From the NCBI RefSeq assembly GCF_902713615.1, contig NW_024055461.1:310001-374000 (forward strand): DNA of 64,000 bases, given 5' to 3'. The notes beneath the pieces were generated by a model that saw only the letters and a program-made list of their open reading frames with translations, did no database searches and had not been told where the DNA came from. Source of the DNA: Scyliorhinus canicula. Taxonomy: Eukaryota. Made by a program: the position numbers and the translations under genes. Below are positions 36,101 to 46,200 of this stretch, one piece after another (within the stretch, counting starts at the first letter, position 1; each line of letters opens with the position of its first letter).

Positions 36101-37071
36101 ACTTTGCAACTCACTGTGGAGCTCGTGCCACAGGGGACATATTGTTAAAAAGCTGGTGGCACCCACGACTGCAAGAAATGGCCCAACAAATTAGCAGTCG
36201 GTGCCTAATCTGTCAACAGCACAACCCCGGTAAGGCCGTCCCCTGTGATCCTGGCACAACCCCCTTACCTGAGGGTCCATTTGAGACCCTACAAATGGAT
36301 TACATTGAGTTGGAAAGATGTCAATGCTATAAATATGTGTTAGTCATTGTGGACACTTTTAGCAAATGGATCGAGGCCTACCCGACTACGGATAACAAGG
36401 CCTCGACAGTAGTTAAGGTGTTAATGCGAGAAATTGTTCCGCGATTTGGAATTCCAGCCCGGCTGAGCTCTGACAATGGTCCCCACTTCATAGGTCAAAT
36501 CAATAAGGAATTCTGTGCTCTGCTTGGAATAAAGCAACAATTTCATTGTGCCTACAGACCACAAGCCGCTGGAGTGGTGGAAAGGGCTAATCAGACTCTA
36601 AAGACTAAACTCGCTAAACTACAAGCAGACACTGGGGCCACTTGGCTCAAACTCCTGCCTTTAGCACTCTTCCAGCTACGTGCCACCCCCGCAGGAAAAA
36701 CTCGCCTAGGCCCAGCGGAAATACTATATGGCAGACCCTTTCGAACGCCTTGGGACAGCAGTGTTCCACGGAATGTTCAATTCCATTACATGACTACCGA
36801 GATGGCTAATTATATATTAACACTAACTAGAATTTTGAAAGGATTACACTCCCGAGTTCGTGCCACCCAGGAAGAAGTCCCATTCATTACTCATGACGTC
36901 TCCATCAACCCTGGGGATTATGTCCTAATTCGAAATTGGACACGTAAAGGTTTGGAACCTCGATGGGATGGTCCCCTACAGGTTCTACTCACTACCCCCA
37001 CTGCAGTAAAAGTGGAGGGCCGGAACGCATGGGTACATATGCACCATTGTAAGTTAATTAAGTATCCATGA
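33157..37071 (+). CDS. pol: Retroviral pol (PR, extra 2H-like module, RT, RNase H, IN), intact 1304 aa, in frame with the gag stop
   Basis: DTG at 33241; LPQG at 34420; YVDD at 34519; RNase H FTDGSS, AQQAEL and YTDSRYAF; IN HHCC, LQMDYI, SSDNGPHF, VERANQ and RWDGP. Confidence 0.97.
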   Translation: MLPSRLTSPDSEPVLSLTIYGHSYPFLIDTGATMSSVQAHLNLPLSSETQQLSGFQGQVASYPISFPVPVSYQGYTLQHRFIVTTGLDCNLLARDLLCAFGIHLECGDNGITAHSPSIPRQLLTHVHPQWWALHLMPERLFHVTLAYDSTGADEGLVDSYSPHLEQEFSVTLFASVSGPQGTADAAQVPTWLWRQDGYTAPHVTRHVHYPHHAKDLGPMVRQALDQSDPSLLEPQLLPGGLTITYMSQPATSQSILLHHRARTDATVSPHVWAADKFDVGLVPTQPITIPLLPDVQLPSIRQYPIKAQARHSIDALIAKLLDQGILVPCQSPCNTPILAVPKPGKPDQYRLVQDLRAINSIVQPLHALVPNPAHILAQVPADALFFSLVDLQHAFFALPLDPSCQYLFAFTYNGQQYTWTRLPQGFIHSPTLFSRCLQRQLQSLSFSQGSTLVQYVDDLLIANPTEEGCRADTQLLLNFLASLGYIVSPLKVTIAQPTVKFLGVRISATSRSLDPDRIRPICDFPPPTTAKQLRQWLGMVNYCRQWIPNITLDSRLLTPYTNEPGTFSLSPEAALAFNRLKEALLQAPALGRPLYDRPFQLYCTVLADCATAVLTQRHGDRCRPVAYYSSKLDPVALGYPICTQILAAIYNSLQSAANITLQQDITVYSSHSVTALLGQLQTQHLTMARQNKYEIALLNNPKVQFAHCTTINPADFLTHPPTDMLDPTHDCLQLLQEVSSVRDDLSDIPLPSADCSFFTDGSSSVGVRGDRQSGYAIIDQDGDVVEAAGFEVPFSAQQAELFALIRACILAQGRKVNIYTDSRYAFGVVHDFGQLWKNRGFLTSAGTPISHQQLVTQLLQALMLPDKIAVIKCAAHTEGTGLVETGNRRADEKAKEISKSGKLMVPRMMRQTKTPSGKSPSEKPMPTIADIIQMQEDAPATAVNMWKNLGCIYDIENKLWVTPVGQTCMTDALAAWVTECVHFATHCGARATGDILLKSWWHPRLQEMAQQISSRCLICQQHNPGKAVPCDPGTTPLPEGPFETLQMDYIELERCQCYKYVLVIVDTFSKWIEAYPTTDNKASTVVKVLMREIVPRFGIPARLSSDNGPHFIGQINKEFCALLGIKQQFHCAYRPQAAGVVERANQTLKTKLAKLQADTGATWLKLLPLALFQLRATPAGKTRLGPAEILYGRPFRTPWDSSVPRNVQFHYMTTEMANYILTLTRILKGLHSRVRATQEEVPFITHDVSINPGDYVLIRNWTRKGLEPRWDGPLQVLLTTPTAVKVEGRNAWVHMHHCKLIKYP

Positions 37072-37115
37072 TGTTCTAAACTTTTCCTTTAAGTCCTAGG
37101 AACACGAGTACCAGG

Positions 37116-38780
37116 ATGAGGCCCCTCTTCGCCGTCACAATACTCGCCACCCTGCTCTCTCTCGCTGCATCCGAAAGAAGGAGATGCCTGTACGGAAGCC
37201 GACACCCACCCATGTGCCGGGAAGGAACCCCACGATATGGAACAACGACAGATCTCCGATGGATCACCACCGCTATCAGAAACTGCCCGACCACCGTTCC
37301 TCCCGACGACCAGAAGCGCCGATTCCTGATTACGTACATGGTTCTAATGTACGATCGCCGCACATGCAGGTGGAACCACCGGTGCATTGATAAGGACAGG
37401 GTACAAATTTTACCACCAAGGACTACTCACCCCTACTCGCCTTCCAGAAGGAAGCGGGCAACGCACCATGTAACGGCAAATTCATTTCTGTTTATGTCCT
37501 ATGTCTATGCTAAGAAAGTGGGTGTCTCCTCTTGCTGGGTATGTACACAGGTCCCGACCCATGCCCATGGAGGCGTTCCCTTGATATCTGTTCCTTTCTC
37601 GATCGAACAGACGGCTGAATGGGTTATATTCCAGAACAGGACAGTAACTAGTCACTCTGCCTTACCAACCAGGGCCTCCAGGTCCTCCTCTGTAAACCAC
37701 AGGGAAGCAGCCCAAGAATGGCTGAGTGCCGGCTACCCTTTGCGGGATTTTTTTGGTTGGCGACAGCCATCTTACTCAGCAGATCGCACACCCCCGTTCT
37801 TCAATATCCAGAACCCCCAGACCGGAACGGTCTGCTTACTCTGGGAAGTACGAACTCCTGGAACATATGTGTTAGGAACCAGTTCATGTAAGTACACTTT
37901 TGGTCTTACTGACTGGAAAGGCCACGCCATCATCAATAACATTATTAACCACACAGGGGGCCCTGATTGGACCCAAATATGGACCTCCTCGATGGTAACT
38001 AGCCTCACCTCCTATAATGGCACCTACTTCATTTGTGGCCATAAGGCTTACCCCTGGCTCCCCACTGACTGGGCAGGGTCGTGCTACTTGGGTTTCGTTG
38101 TTCCGGGTACTACACACTATGCCCAGCTCGAACATCATCCCCACTTTCGAGCCCAGAGGTCAGTACCACCGTGGGAGGTGGTGACTTCCCTCTTATGGCC
38201 CCAAATAGGCGCCATCTGGTCCCTCAAGAAGTACGCGCTCCTCCGCGACCTATTGGAACAGGTTGCAAATGACACCGCGGAGGGATTTAGTGAACTCAGT
38301 GCAGAGTTGGTAGCCGTACGAACGGTAGCCCTACAGAATCGCATGGCCCTGGATTATTTACTAGCCAAAGAAGGGGGGACCTGTGCTATCATAGGGACCG
38401 AATGTTGCACTTACATTCCAGACAGTTCAGAGAATATCACGCGTCTGGTAACCCATATCAGAGATGGAGTACAGCGCTTGCGACTCGCCGGTCAGGCTGA
38501 CTGGTGGAGCTGGATGTGGTCCAATTCTTGGGCCACTTACCTATTCCATGGGCTCATTATCTTCGTTACCATCTGTTTGTTGCTCTGTATCATAGCTACA
38601 GGTGTGAAATGCCTATGCAACCGTTTGGGTGCCACTGCATTACCACAGATGCTTCAGAGATCCGCCCTAGACGAAAAAGAAAAACTGGTTCCACCTACCC
38701 CTGACCTATATGAGGAAGTGGCATCCTGCCGGACCCTAGTAGAGGAGGAGTACCTCCGCCTCGCTCTCATTTCCATCTAA
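37116..38780 (+). CDS. env: Gamma-type envelope glycoprotein, intact 554 aa
   Basis: Signal peptide MRPLFAVTILATLLSLAAS; RRKR at 37446; CWVC at 37533; RAQR at 38148; ISD LQNRMALDYLLAKEGGTC at 38331; CX6CC at 38382-38408; TM helix; acceptor-like cttttcctttaag ending at 37093. Confidence 0.95.
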   Translation: MRPLFAVTILATLLSLAASERRRCLYGSRHPPMCREGTPRYGTTTDLRWITTAIRNCPTTVPPDDQKRRFLITYMVLMYDRRTCRWNHRCIDKDRVQILPPRTTHPYSPSRRKRATHHVTANSFLFMSYVYAKKVGVSSCWVCTQVPTHAHGGVPLISVPFSIEQTAEWVIFQNRTVTSHSALPTRASRSSSVNHREAAQEWLSAGYPLRDFFGWRQPSYSADRTPPFFNIQNPQTGTVCLLWEVRTPGTYVLGTSSCKYTFGLTDWKGHAIINNIINHTGGPDWTQIWTSSMVTSLTSYNGTYFICGHKAYPWLPTDWAGSCYLGFVVPGTTHYAQLEHHPHFRAQRSVPPWEVVTSLLWPQIGAIWSLKKYALLRDLLEQVANDTAEGFSELSAELVAVRTVALQNRMALDYLLAKEGGTCAIIGTECCTYIPDSSENITRLVTHIRDGVQRLRLAGQADWWSWMWSNSWATYLFHGLIIFVTICLLLCIIATGVKCLCNRLGATALPQMLQRSALDEKEKLVPPTPDLYEEVASCRTLVEEEYLRLALISI

Positions 38781-38814
38781 AGTATCCTGAGTGTTATGTG
38801 ATCAAGGAATGATC

Positions 38815-38825
38815 AAAGGGGGGAA
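38815..38825 (+). other. Polypurine tract
   Basis: AAAGGGGGGAA immediately before the TG that starts the 3' LTR. Confidence 0.9.
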
Positions 38826-39600
38826 TGTAGAAGTGGATTTCATTTGGAACTTCGCTGATAGGGTTAATATAACAGTTCTGAAAAGCTCTGTGAAAGAGAT
38901 GTCAACAGGTCAAGGGATGAAATAAAGGGAGCGTGTTCTGACCGGCATCTGTGAAAGCAGAGATGTCAGAAGGTTATGGGATGGAAAGAGGGGAGTGTGG
39001 CTTTGGTACTATTTAATGTTCTGACCGGCATCTGTGAAAGCAGAGATGTCAGAAGGTTATGGGATGGAAAGAGGGGAGTGTGGCTTTGGTACTATTTAAT
39101 GTTCTGACCCGCATCTGTGAAAGCAGAGAGGTCAAAAAGTCAATGAATGGAATGAATGGGAAGCGTTACTTTATTGCAGAGATAGCACAATTAAGCTCGT
39201 TTGACCAGTTGAGACAAATAAACATTGAAATGTAAAAGGAATGGGCTTTGGAATGAGTTAAGCCAGATGGCCATGGGATACAAAAACCTTTATTAATAGT
39301 GACTTGTGCTAATGATTATGTCAAAAATAACCTCCCGACCTCGAAGAATAATTCCATATATGTACATGTTCTGGATCCTTGCCAAATCATAGGTGTATCT
39401 AGGAATTTAAGGGGACCACCCCTAAGCTGTAAAATGTATAAAAATACAGTCCTTATTCTGGGATTTTGGCACTTCTCGAAGGTGGTTACCCGACTGCTTA
39501 GAGATTTGTCCCAGCCGTAAATAAACGAATATTCGTTACTGACGTGTTCGAGTGTTTTACTTCTGGACTGACGATCAGATACGTGAAAGCGCAATTCACA
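38826..39600 (+). repeat. 3' LTR (775 bp, TG...CA)
   Basis: Starts TGTAGAAG and ends TTCACA; TATAAAA at 39437; AATAAA at 39520. Confidence 0.95.
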
Positions 39601-39960
39601 GTGGAATATTAATTCAATTAATAAATCTGGAATACATAATAATGGTGACCATGAAATTCCCTCTGCTTTACCAATGAAGGAAATCTGACATCCCTCCCTG
39701 GTCTCACCTACATGAGGTTCCAGTCAGACAGCAACATGTCTGACTCTGGTTTAGCACACTGGGTTAAATCGTTGGCTTTTAAAGCAGGCCAGCAGCACGG
39801 TTCAATTCCAGTACCAGCCTCCCCGAACAGGCGCCGGAATGTGGCGACTAGGGGCTTTTCACAGTAACTTCATTGAAGCCTACTTGTGACAAAAAGCGAT
39901 TTTCATTTCATTTCTTCAGATCCTTCTGAGCTGGCCCACTCAGTTCAACATCAAATAGGG
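39601..39960 (+). mobile_element. Headless SINE remnant, with a younger SINE inside at about 39746-39915
   Basis: gtggaatattaattcaat...atggtgaccatgaaa...gaaggaaatctg...cctacatg matches the internal part of the more complete copy at about 10265-10505. Confidence 0.6.
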
Positions 39961-41699
39961 ACAGGAACACATGGTGGTCTTGCCAGTGAGTTCCACATTC
40001 CATGGAAGAATAAAGTGAAAAAAACATAAATATACATGTTTATCTATTACAAAATGTATCCCCTGTCTGACAGTCTGATTGTATTTCTATCCATCATCAC
40101 AATGTTATGAGGTGTGGGAGAGATAGTCCAGCCGGCTAATGTTGCTAAGAGAGGCTAGAAAAGCTGGATAACTCTCATTTCCTTAGAGATGGGAACAGTT
40201 CAAATAAGTTCACAATCTAAAACATAAAATGATCTCAGTGCTGTTGCTGGGTAGATTGGTTTATAAATAGTCCTCATTGACAATGTTAAGAGTTTGAAGT
40301 TGGATTGCAGCCAAGCGGTCAGTACTGAGGAAACAGATATTTGAAAAAACATCCAGATGTTTCCTGTAAACAACATTGAACATTCGAGCCTCCCTGACTG
40401 CAGGCGGCTGGATTGCTGCCAAATACAGTGTGGGGCAGATTAACCTGAATATGAATGGACACAATGGGATTGATCCATTCAAACAATAAATGTTTAGTCG
40501 CACATGAAGTAAACGTTTTAAATAGTGTTCCATGCAAATAAATATATTCACTGAATGTTTTGTTCACAATGAGATTAAACACAATGGGCTAATAGTAAAC
40601 GGACTAACTGCTATTTAATTTATATTAATTCTGTGTAAAGGTCACTCTAGCTATTAAAGTCCGTTTGTTAAGAGCCTAATGAAGTGAGAGTGAGTGGTGT
40701 TGATGGACCCAATCCACAAGGTCAATGAGATGACTTCAATTACAAAAAATAAAATAAAATAAATTAAAAATAAATAAACTGCATTTAATTCGCGGGGATT
40801 CCTAGAATATTCTCCGAATTCTTGATCTCCTTTAAATGGAGTCGTCTCTTATACCCGATTAATACCGTGTTATGTACAGTTTAATTTGTCTGGATTTCAA
40901 TTGTTTAACAGTCCCCCTTATTGCTGCCAATGAATGGAGAATTGACCAGTTCATGACCTGCTTTAGTAGAGAATAAAACATTTATTCCTGTGATATTGTG
41001 TAACATGCAGCAAAGTCCTGATATCCTGTGTTCCCAACACCAGTGAATGTTAGACAGCCGATGGTCAATAAAATTAGCGGCAATGATTTGGATGCTAAAG
41101 GATAACTTTGCTGATCGCCGTGTCCGTTCTGATTCATTAACTTCTCTGTCAAAAGCTGGTGTGAATGTTATGTTTCGCTGTCAACTCACTGTTGCATTAT
41201 CAGGCAAGCGGCTTCTTTACCGCTAATGTTCACAGGACTGTCTGAGGCTCAGGGGTAGTTCCAGAAATGTAAAGAGAGGCATTGTGTAATGTGAGGAGTT
41301 TCTTCTTGTCGACAGACCCACATTGTACAGTGATGGCCATCCGCACTGCAAATGTAATCACGTCATTCATTCCCTCATTTAGTTACATTTCGTCTGATGA
41401 ATTATACTTTATTGTTGCAATGGGATAGAGTCCCGGAGTGTTGCAAATCTGACTGACAGGCGATTTGTTCCCTAATAATGTCATTTAATGTTTATGTTCA
41501 TCCCTTTATATTGAAGTATAGGAATAAAGAGACTTAATATATAATGGAATTAGATTTTACATAGAGATGCTCAAATATAAATTTCCATTCGGATGAGGAT
41601 AGACATTACAATGAATCCTTTCAGCCAAACAAATATACCGATACCGATCTAATGTCTTTTAAAAATAATATCCTATAGTAAATCTCTGGTTCCATTCTG

Positions 41700-41800
41700 T
41701 TGGGGGGTGGACGTGGATCCAGTCGCCGCCTCCATCAGGGAATCAATAGGCGGCGCCTGGAAAGCCGCCCCCTTCTGCCGGGTATTTAAATGCCGCTCAC
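41700..41800 (+). promoter_or_regulatory. IgH V promoter region
   Basis: TATTTAAA at 41783-41790, about 90 bp before the leader ATG; GC-rich upstream; CRE-like TCACGTCA at 41358; no perfect octamer nearby. Confidence 0.5.
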
Positions 41801-41881
41801 TGGGACCCGAATCCAACAGTCCGGGAGCTGGTTTGTTCACTGAGTTCCTGACACAACCATTTCCCCCAAATGACCAGAAGG

Positions 41882-41927
41882 ATGAGGTGGGCCATTTCTC
41901 TCAGTTTGTTGCTGACTTTCTTATCCC
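41882..41927 (+). CDS. IGHV: IgH leader exon (MRWAISLSLLLTFLS-R; an in-frame upstream ATG lies at 41870)
   Basis: Hydrophobic signal peptide; phase-1 donor GTGAGT at 41928. Confidence 0.9.
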
Positions 41928-42055
41928 GTGAGTAGTTTTTATTGTCCAAGTCTCTCACTGTTACTGTCTCAGTGTTTGTCTCTCTCTGGAATGTTCCAGA
42001 GTCACCAATCATTTCACCAGCATTAATCCTCGGGCTTTTTGATATATTTTTACAG

Positions 42056-42361
42056 GTGTCCAGTCGGATGTTGTGTTGACTCAGCCAGAGGCAGAGATCG
42101 AGCGTCCCGGAGGCTCCCTGAGACTGACCTGTAAAACCAGCGGCTTCGATCTTAACACCGCTTACATGCAGTGGGTCCGACGAGTTCCCGGACAGGGGCT
42201 GGAGTGGCTATTTCAGTATTATGGGTCATCCAGCAACCACTACGCCCCAGGAATTGAAAATCGATTCACTGCGTCCAAAGACACTTCAAACAACATCTTA
42301 TCTTTGGCCATGCCGAACCTGAAGACCGAAGACACCGCCATCTATTACTGTGCAAGATGGA
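42056..42361 (+). CDS. IGHV: IgM-type VH exon, unrearranged and open
   Basis: Acceptor ttttacag; (R)[13 protein letters not shown]...LTCKTSG...WVRR...LEW...[11 protein letters not shown]...[10 protein letters not shown]; canonical Cys-Trp-Cys. Confidence 0.97.
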
Positions 42362-42400
42362 CACAGCGAGAGGAACCAGGGCTGGACCCGCACAAAAACA
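42362..42400 (+). other. V 3' recombination signal, 23-bp spacer
   Basis: CACAGCG (42362-42368), 23 bp, ACAAAAACA (42392-42400). Confidence 0.95.
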
Positions 42401-42767
42401 GCTCGCGAGGAATACCTGCAACTTGCAACTTAACCTGAAGGTCAGTACTTGTTTCCAATATTATACTCATATCAGTGATCAGGATTAGACCGCAAGCTGC
42501 TTCTGAATAAGGAAACAGAGAAATGTTAACAGTAAAATCGAACAAACATAGATAAAATGGGTGAGAAATTCACTGTGGTTATATTTATTATTGATGGTTT
42601 CAGCAATTATAGACCTGGATATAATGTTCGACTTAATGTGTGTGATAGTTGGAGGAGGTTTGTGTTCATTAGATTTGCATACTATTGCACAAATTCTAAA
42701 CTCGATCGGGACTAAACATCTATTTGAAGTGAATATTGAGCGGCAGGACTGAACAGAGAGTGAGTGT

Positions 42768-42845
42768 AGTTTTTGTGCGGGTGTCTGTCACTGTGACTAC
42801 ATAGGGTCACAATGCTGTGCACAGCGACATCCTCATACAAAAACC
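42768..42845 (+). other. IGHD: D segment (ACTACATAGGGT, 42796-42807) with a 12-RSS 5' and a 22-RSS 3'
   Basis: AGTTTTTGT-12-CACTGTG, then D, then CACAATG-22-ACAAAAACC; the shark D1 configuration. Confidence 0.95.
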
Positions 42846-43183
42846 TCAGTGAAGGGCATTGCTCAGTTCTTTTGGCAATGCCATACCGGATTGTCCAAGA
42901 GAATGTGGCTTCAATTAAACAATATGTAGCAATATCATGGGCTTGTCAAACGTTAGAAAATACTTCCACTTTATTGTTGTTGATAGACCTGCCGAATGTA
43001 CATAGAGGTTTTAAAAGTTTTCCAATCCGCTTTATCAATATAATACCCAGTACAGGCTGAAATAACTGCTTGGCAACTTCCTAAATCGTAAGAACCCGAC
43101 TTTTGAGAGAGTAGTGAAATTAAATCTCTATATTTTACAGTTAGCAGTCTGCCGCAGTATTTGACACGCTATGTCTCACTGTG

Positions 43184-43238
43184 GCACCGTACGCCTTCAA
43201 AGACTGGGGACAGGGGACCATGGTGACGGTGACTGCAA
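43184..43238 (+). CDS. IGHJ: JH segment, probably a germline-joined D2-J: APYAFKDWGQGTMVTVTA
   Basis: WGQG motif; donor GTAAGA at 43239; heptamer CACTGTG at 43177-43183, with the best nonamer (AGTATTTGA, 43156-43164) at 12 bp and none at 22/23 bp. Confidence 0.9.
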
Positions 43239-46200
43239 GTAAGAACCATTCAATTATTGACCAACTGTTTTACTTCAGTCGTTGTTTTATATTTTTATCT
43301 ATTTTTTTATAGAAATGTTTTTTATTGGGTTTTTGAACAAGGTATAATTACCGTTATGTACACAGGATAAGAAGCATATATATATACACATATATAGAAG
43401 AGAAGGGCACACCCAAACATACCAAAGAGAAGAAAATAGCACATAGTAAAAAAGAATACAATAAAAAATAAAATAGAATAACTGGTAGGGTATTGTGTAC
43501 CAGGTCGTCAGCAGCAGCTAGATTCTGGATTGAGATTTGTTTGCCATATTTAATTTGATTGTATCGAAAAAGGCTGATACAATTATTCCGTTTCTTGATA
43601 AAAAGGTGCTGCTGAGGGATTCAGTCCCTGGTTGTTGTGGCTTGCTGTTTATTTGCTGAGGAGACTGTGCGGCCGTTTAAATATCGAACGTATGTTCAGC
43701 AATTTGGCATTTATATGACTTTTTAACTCAATGGTATCTAACGGCTGCAGGTTTTACCATCTACTGCTCAAGTGTTTGAAATTTAACCCAATATTAACAA
43801 AATATGACAAAGTTTCTCAATTAATTTATTGAACATATTCCGCTCATTCACAATGATGATGATATTATTCCATATTATATTTAGTTTAGCTATTCACTCT
43901 CTTGATGACAGGCGGATTTGATTGTTTTAAAACTGAAATGTTTTTGCTAAGTTACATTTTAAATTAATCTTCTTCTTCATTAAATGGGGTTCAGTCCCTC
44001 AGTGATGTGATTTGTGTTTTTCAGCTGAGCCAAGTGTGCGTCTGGGAAACTTTAAATCGGCAAAATGTGTGAAACCGTTTGACGTTTCTACATTGTTTCT
44101 GCATTGTTCCTGCATTGTTTAAACTCGGATACATTGAGCGGTTACACTTATTGTGATTGAATAAAAACAGTCTACGATTTTGAAACTGTTTGCCGCACGA
44201 TTGTAGCAGAAAGCAGGGAGGCTGTTAGTGATTTTTTTTTAAATTTGAAGTGATAATTGCAAATTAAAATAAGCCAATGTTTATGACGCTCGTTCAGGAC
44301 GTTGTTTGTTACTGCCATCACAATGTAGCGTTTTTGCAATGCTTACTCTCAGTGGCTGCAGTTTTTACCATCGACTGCAAACAAAATGTTTCAATATGTT
44401 TGAAATATGATATAATATTCATAGTGTGGTAAAGTTTCTATGATAATTAGTTCATCATGTTCCGCCACCTCAGAACCCTGTTGCTATTTATCCAGATTTC
44501 TGATTATCTCAACAATTTATACATTTGGTGGCGAGTTGGTTTGCTGTATTCGATATTGAGATGTTTTTGAAATGTTACGTTTGATTCTGTTGAATGCAGA
44601 ATCGCGCTGCTTCTCCATGAAACGGATTTAAGTCCCTCAGTGATGGGTTTTCGAGTTTTCCTGCTGAGGAGATTGAATAAGTAAAATTTGTGAAACAGAT
44701 TGTCATTTCTGCATTTAACGTGGTGAAATATAACCCATTATGAATAAAATGTGGTAATGGTTCAATATTAATTTGTTGTACATATTCTACCTCCACATAA
44801 TGCTAGTGCTGTTATTTCAGATTTATATTTAGTTGGATAATTCGTGCATTTGGTGACGGGCTGCATTCTATACTGAGAATTGCTTACAATGTTAAATTTG
44901 ATTGTGTTCAATGTAGAATTGAGCTGCTTCTCCATGAGACGGATTTCAGTTCCTCAGTGATGTGATTAAGTGTTTTTCTGCTGATGACATTGTGTGGTCT
45001 TGGTGACTTTGAATGTTTAACATTTGTGAAAGGTTTTGGCTTTTCCGCATTGTTGCTGCATTGTTTAAACTGGGTGACACTGAGCGGTTACACGCTTCCT
45101 GGTTGAAAGCAAAATAGTTTGAAAATTCTTGACGCAGGATTGTAGGCAGAAAACTGGCAGGTGGGAAATGAAGAAAGGAATTCAAGATACGTTAGAGCAT
45201 TTTAAAAATTTGCTGCCATTTACAGATTGAACTAAATCGTGGTTTACAACGCTCATTCAGTCCACAATTCGTTGCTGCAATACAAATTAGTAATGAACAA
45301 GTTTGCAAATTGGATATGGAATTAATATAATTCAAATAATAACTCGGTAATATAACTTCATATTAATTAAATATGTTTGATATTAATATCGTTGATCACC
45401 TTTCATCACTCTGTTGTACACTGCACACAATTAACATGACCCAAAATGTTTATAGGCTGGGAACATTTTTGATTATGTCTGAAACTATTTCAATAATAAG
45501 ATACTGATTCCTCAGAAATAATTTAAATTAATTTTCATATCACTAATTGCCTTTGCATTGAATTAAATAAGAGCTTTCCATTGCAGTTTGGAAACAATTG
45601 CATTCCGTTATTATATTATTTCTGTTCAGCTGCAACAATATGATTCCTTCAATTCAATTTGTACTTGAATAGCGAGATAATTGGGACTAATCTAATTTTA
45701 ACCAGTTTACGCAGAAGTGCAAGTCACAGGCGGTCAATGAATTGTTCATATGATTTTAATTGTATTGTAGGAAGGTTTAGGCTGCAAATAACTAGAGATT
45801 GGAAAGTAAAAGCTTGAATGTCAAATAGATTAATTTAATTACAAACGATTAACATTAGTTTTACGTTTAACAATAGCATCCTGCCTCCCATAGCTGTGCT
45901 GTACACAGAATATAACTATTGCAAGAACAGACTATAGAAGAACTGCTTATATTTTAGCTTTATGCTAATTTTTTATTAAATGCTAAATTGAACAAAAATC
46001 TCGACTCCATTTTCTCTTTCTGTTTCAGTGTTGCAGAGAATCTGAATGAAATGTTCTCATTAAGTTTCACACCGATTAATTTGGATCTTCTTTAATTAAA
46101 CAATATGTTTAATAATTTAGTCACAGGTATTGTCTGAGTTGTTAAATCTAGTAGTAGCACGTTTGTTGATGACAAACTGCCAGGGACCTTATAATAATAC

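Larger units (their letters stand above)
29260..39600 (+). mobile_element. Endogenous retrovirus, class I (gamma/epsilon-like): LTR-PBS-gag-pol-env-PPT-LTR
   Basis: Two 755-bp LTR copies differing by 5 substitutions and two 1-bp indels by eye; PBS, PPT and gag/pol/env motifs in canonical order. Confidence 0.97.

Noticed and set aside
40532-40539. Perfect octamer ATGCAAAT
   Set aside because: It lies 1.25 kb upstream of the VH TATA in AT-rich DNA, is expected by chance, and is not at the promoter-proximal position.
42846-43155. A second free D segment
   Set aside because: No CACTGTG/CACAGTG-like heptamer pair was found.
43145-43176. Canonical 22/23-bp RSS for JH
   Set aside because: The sequence at those distances (cagtctgcc, agtctgccg) does not resemble a nonamer.
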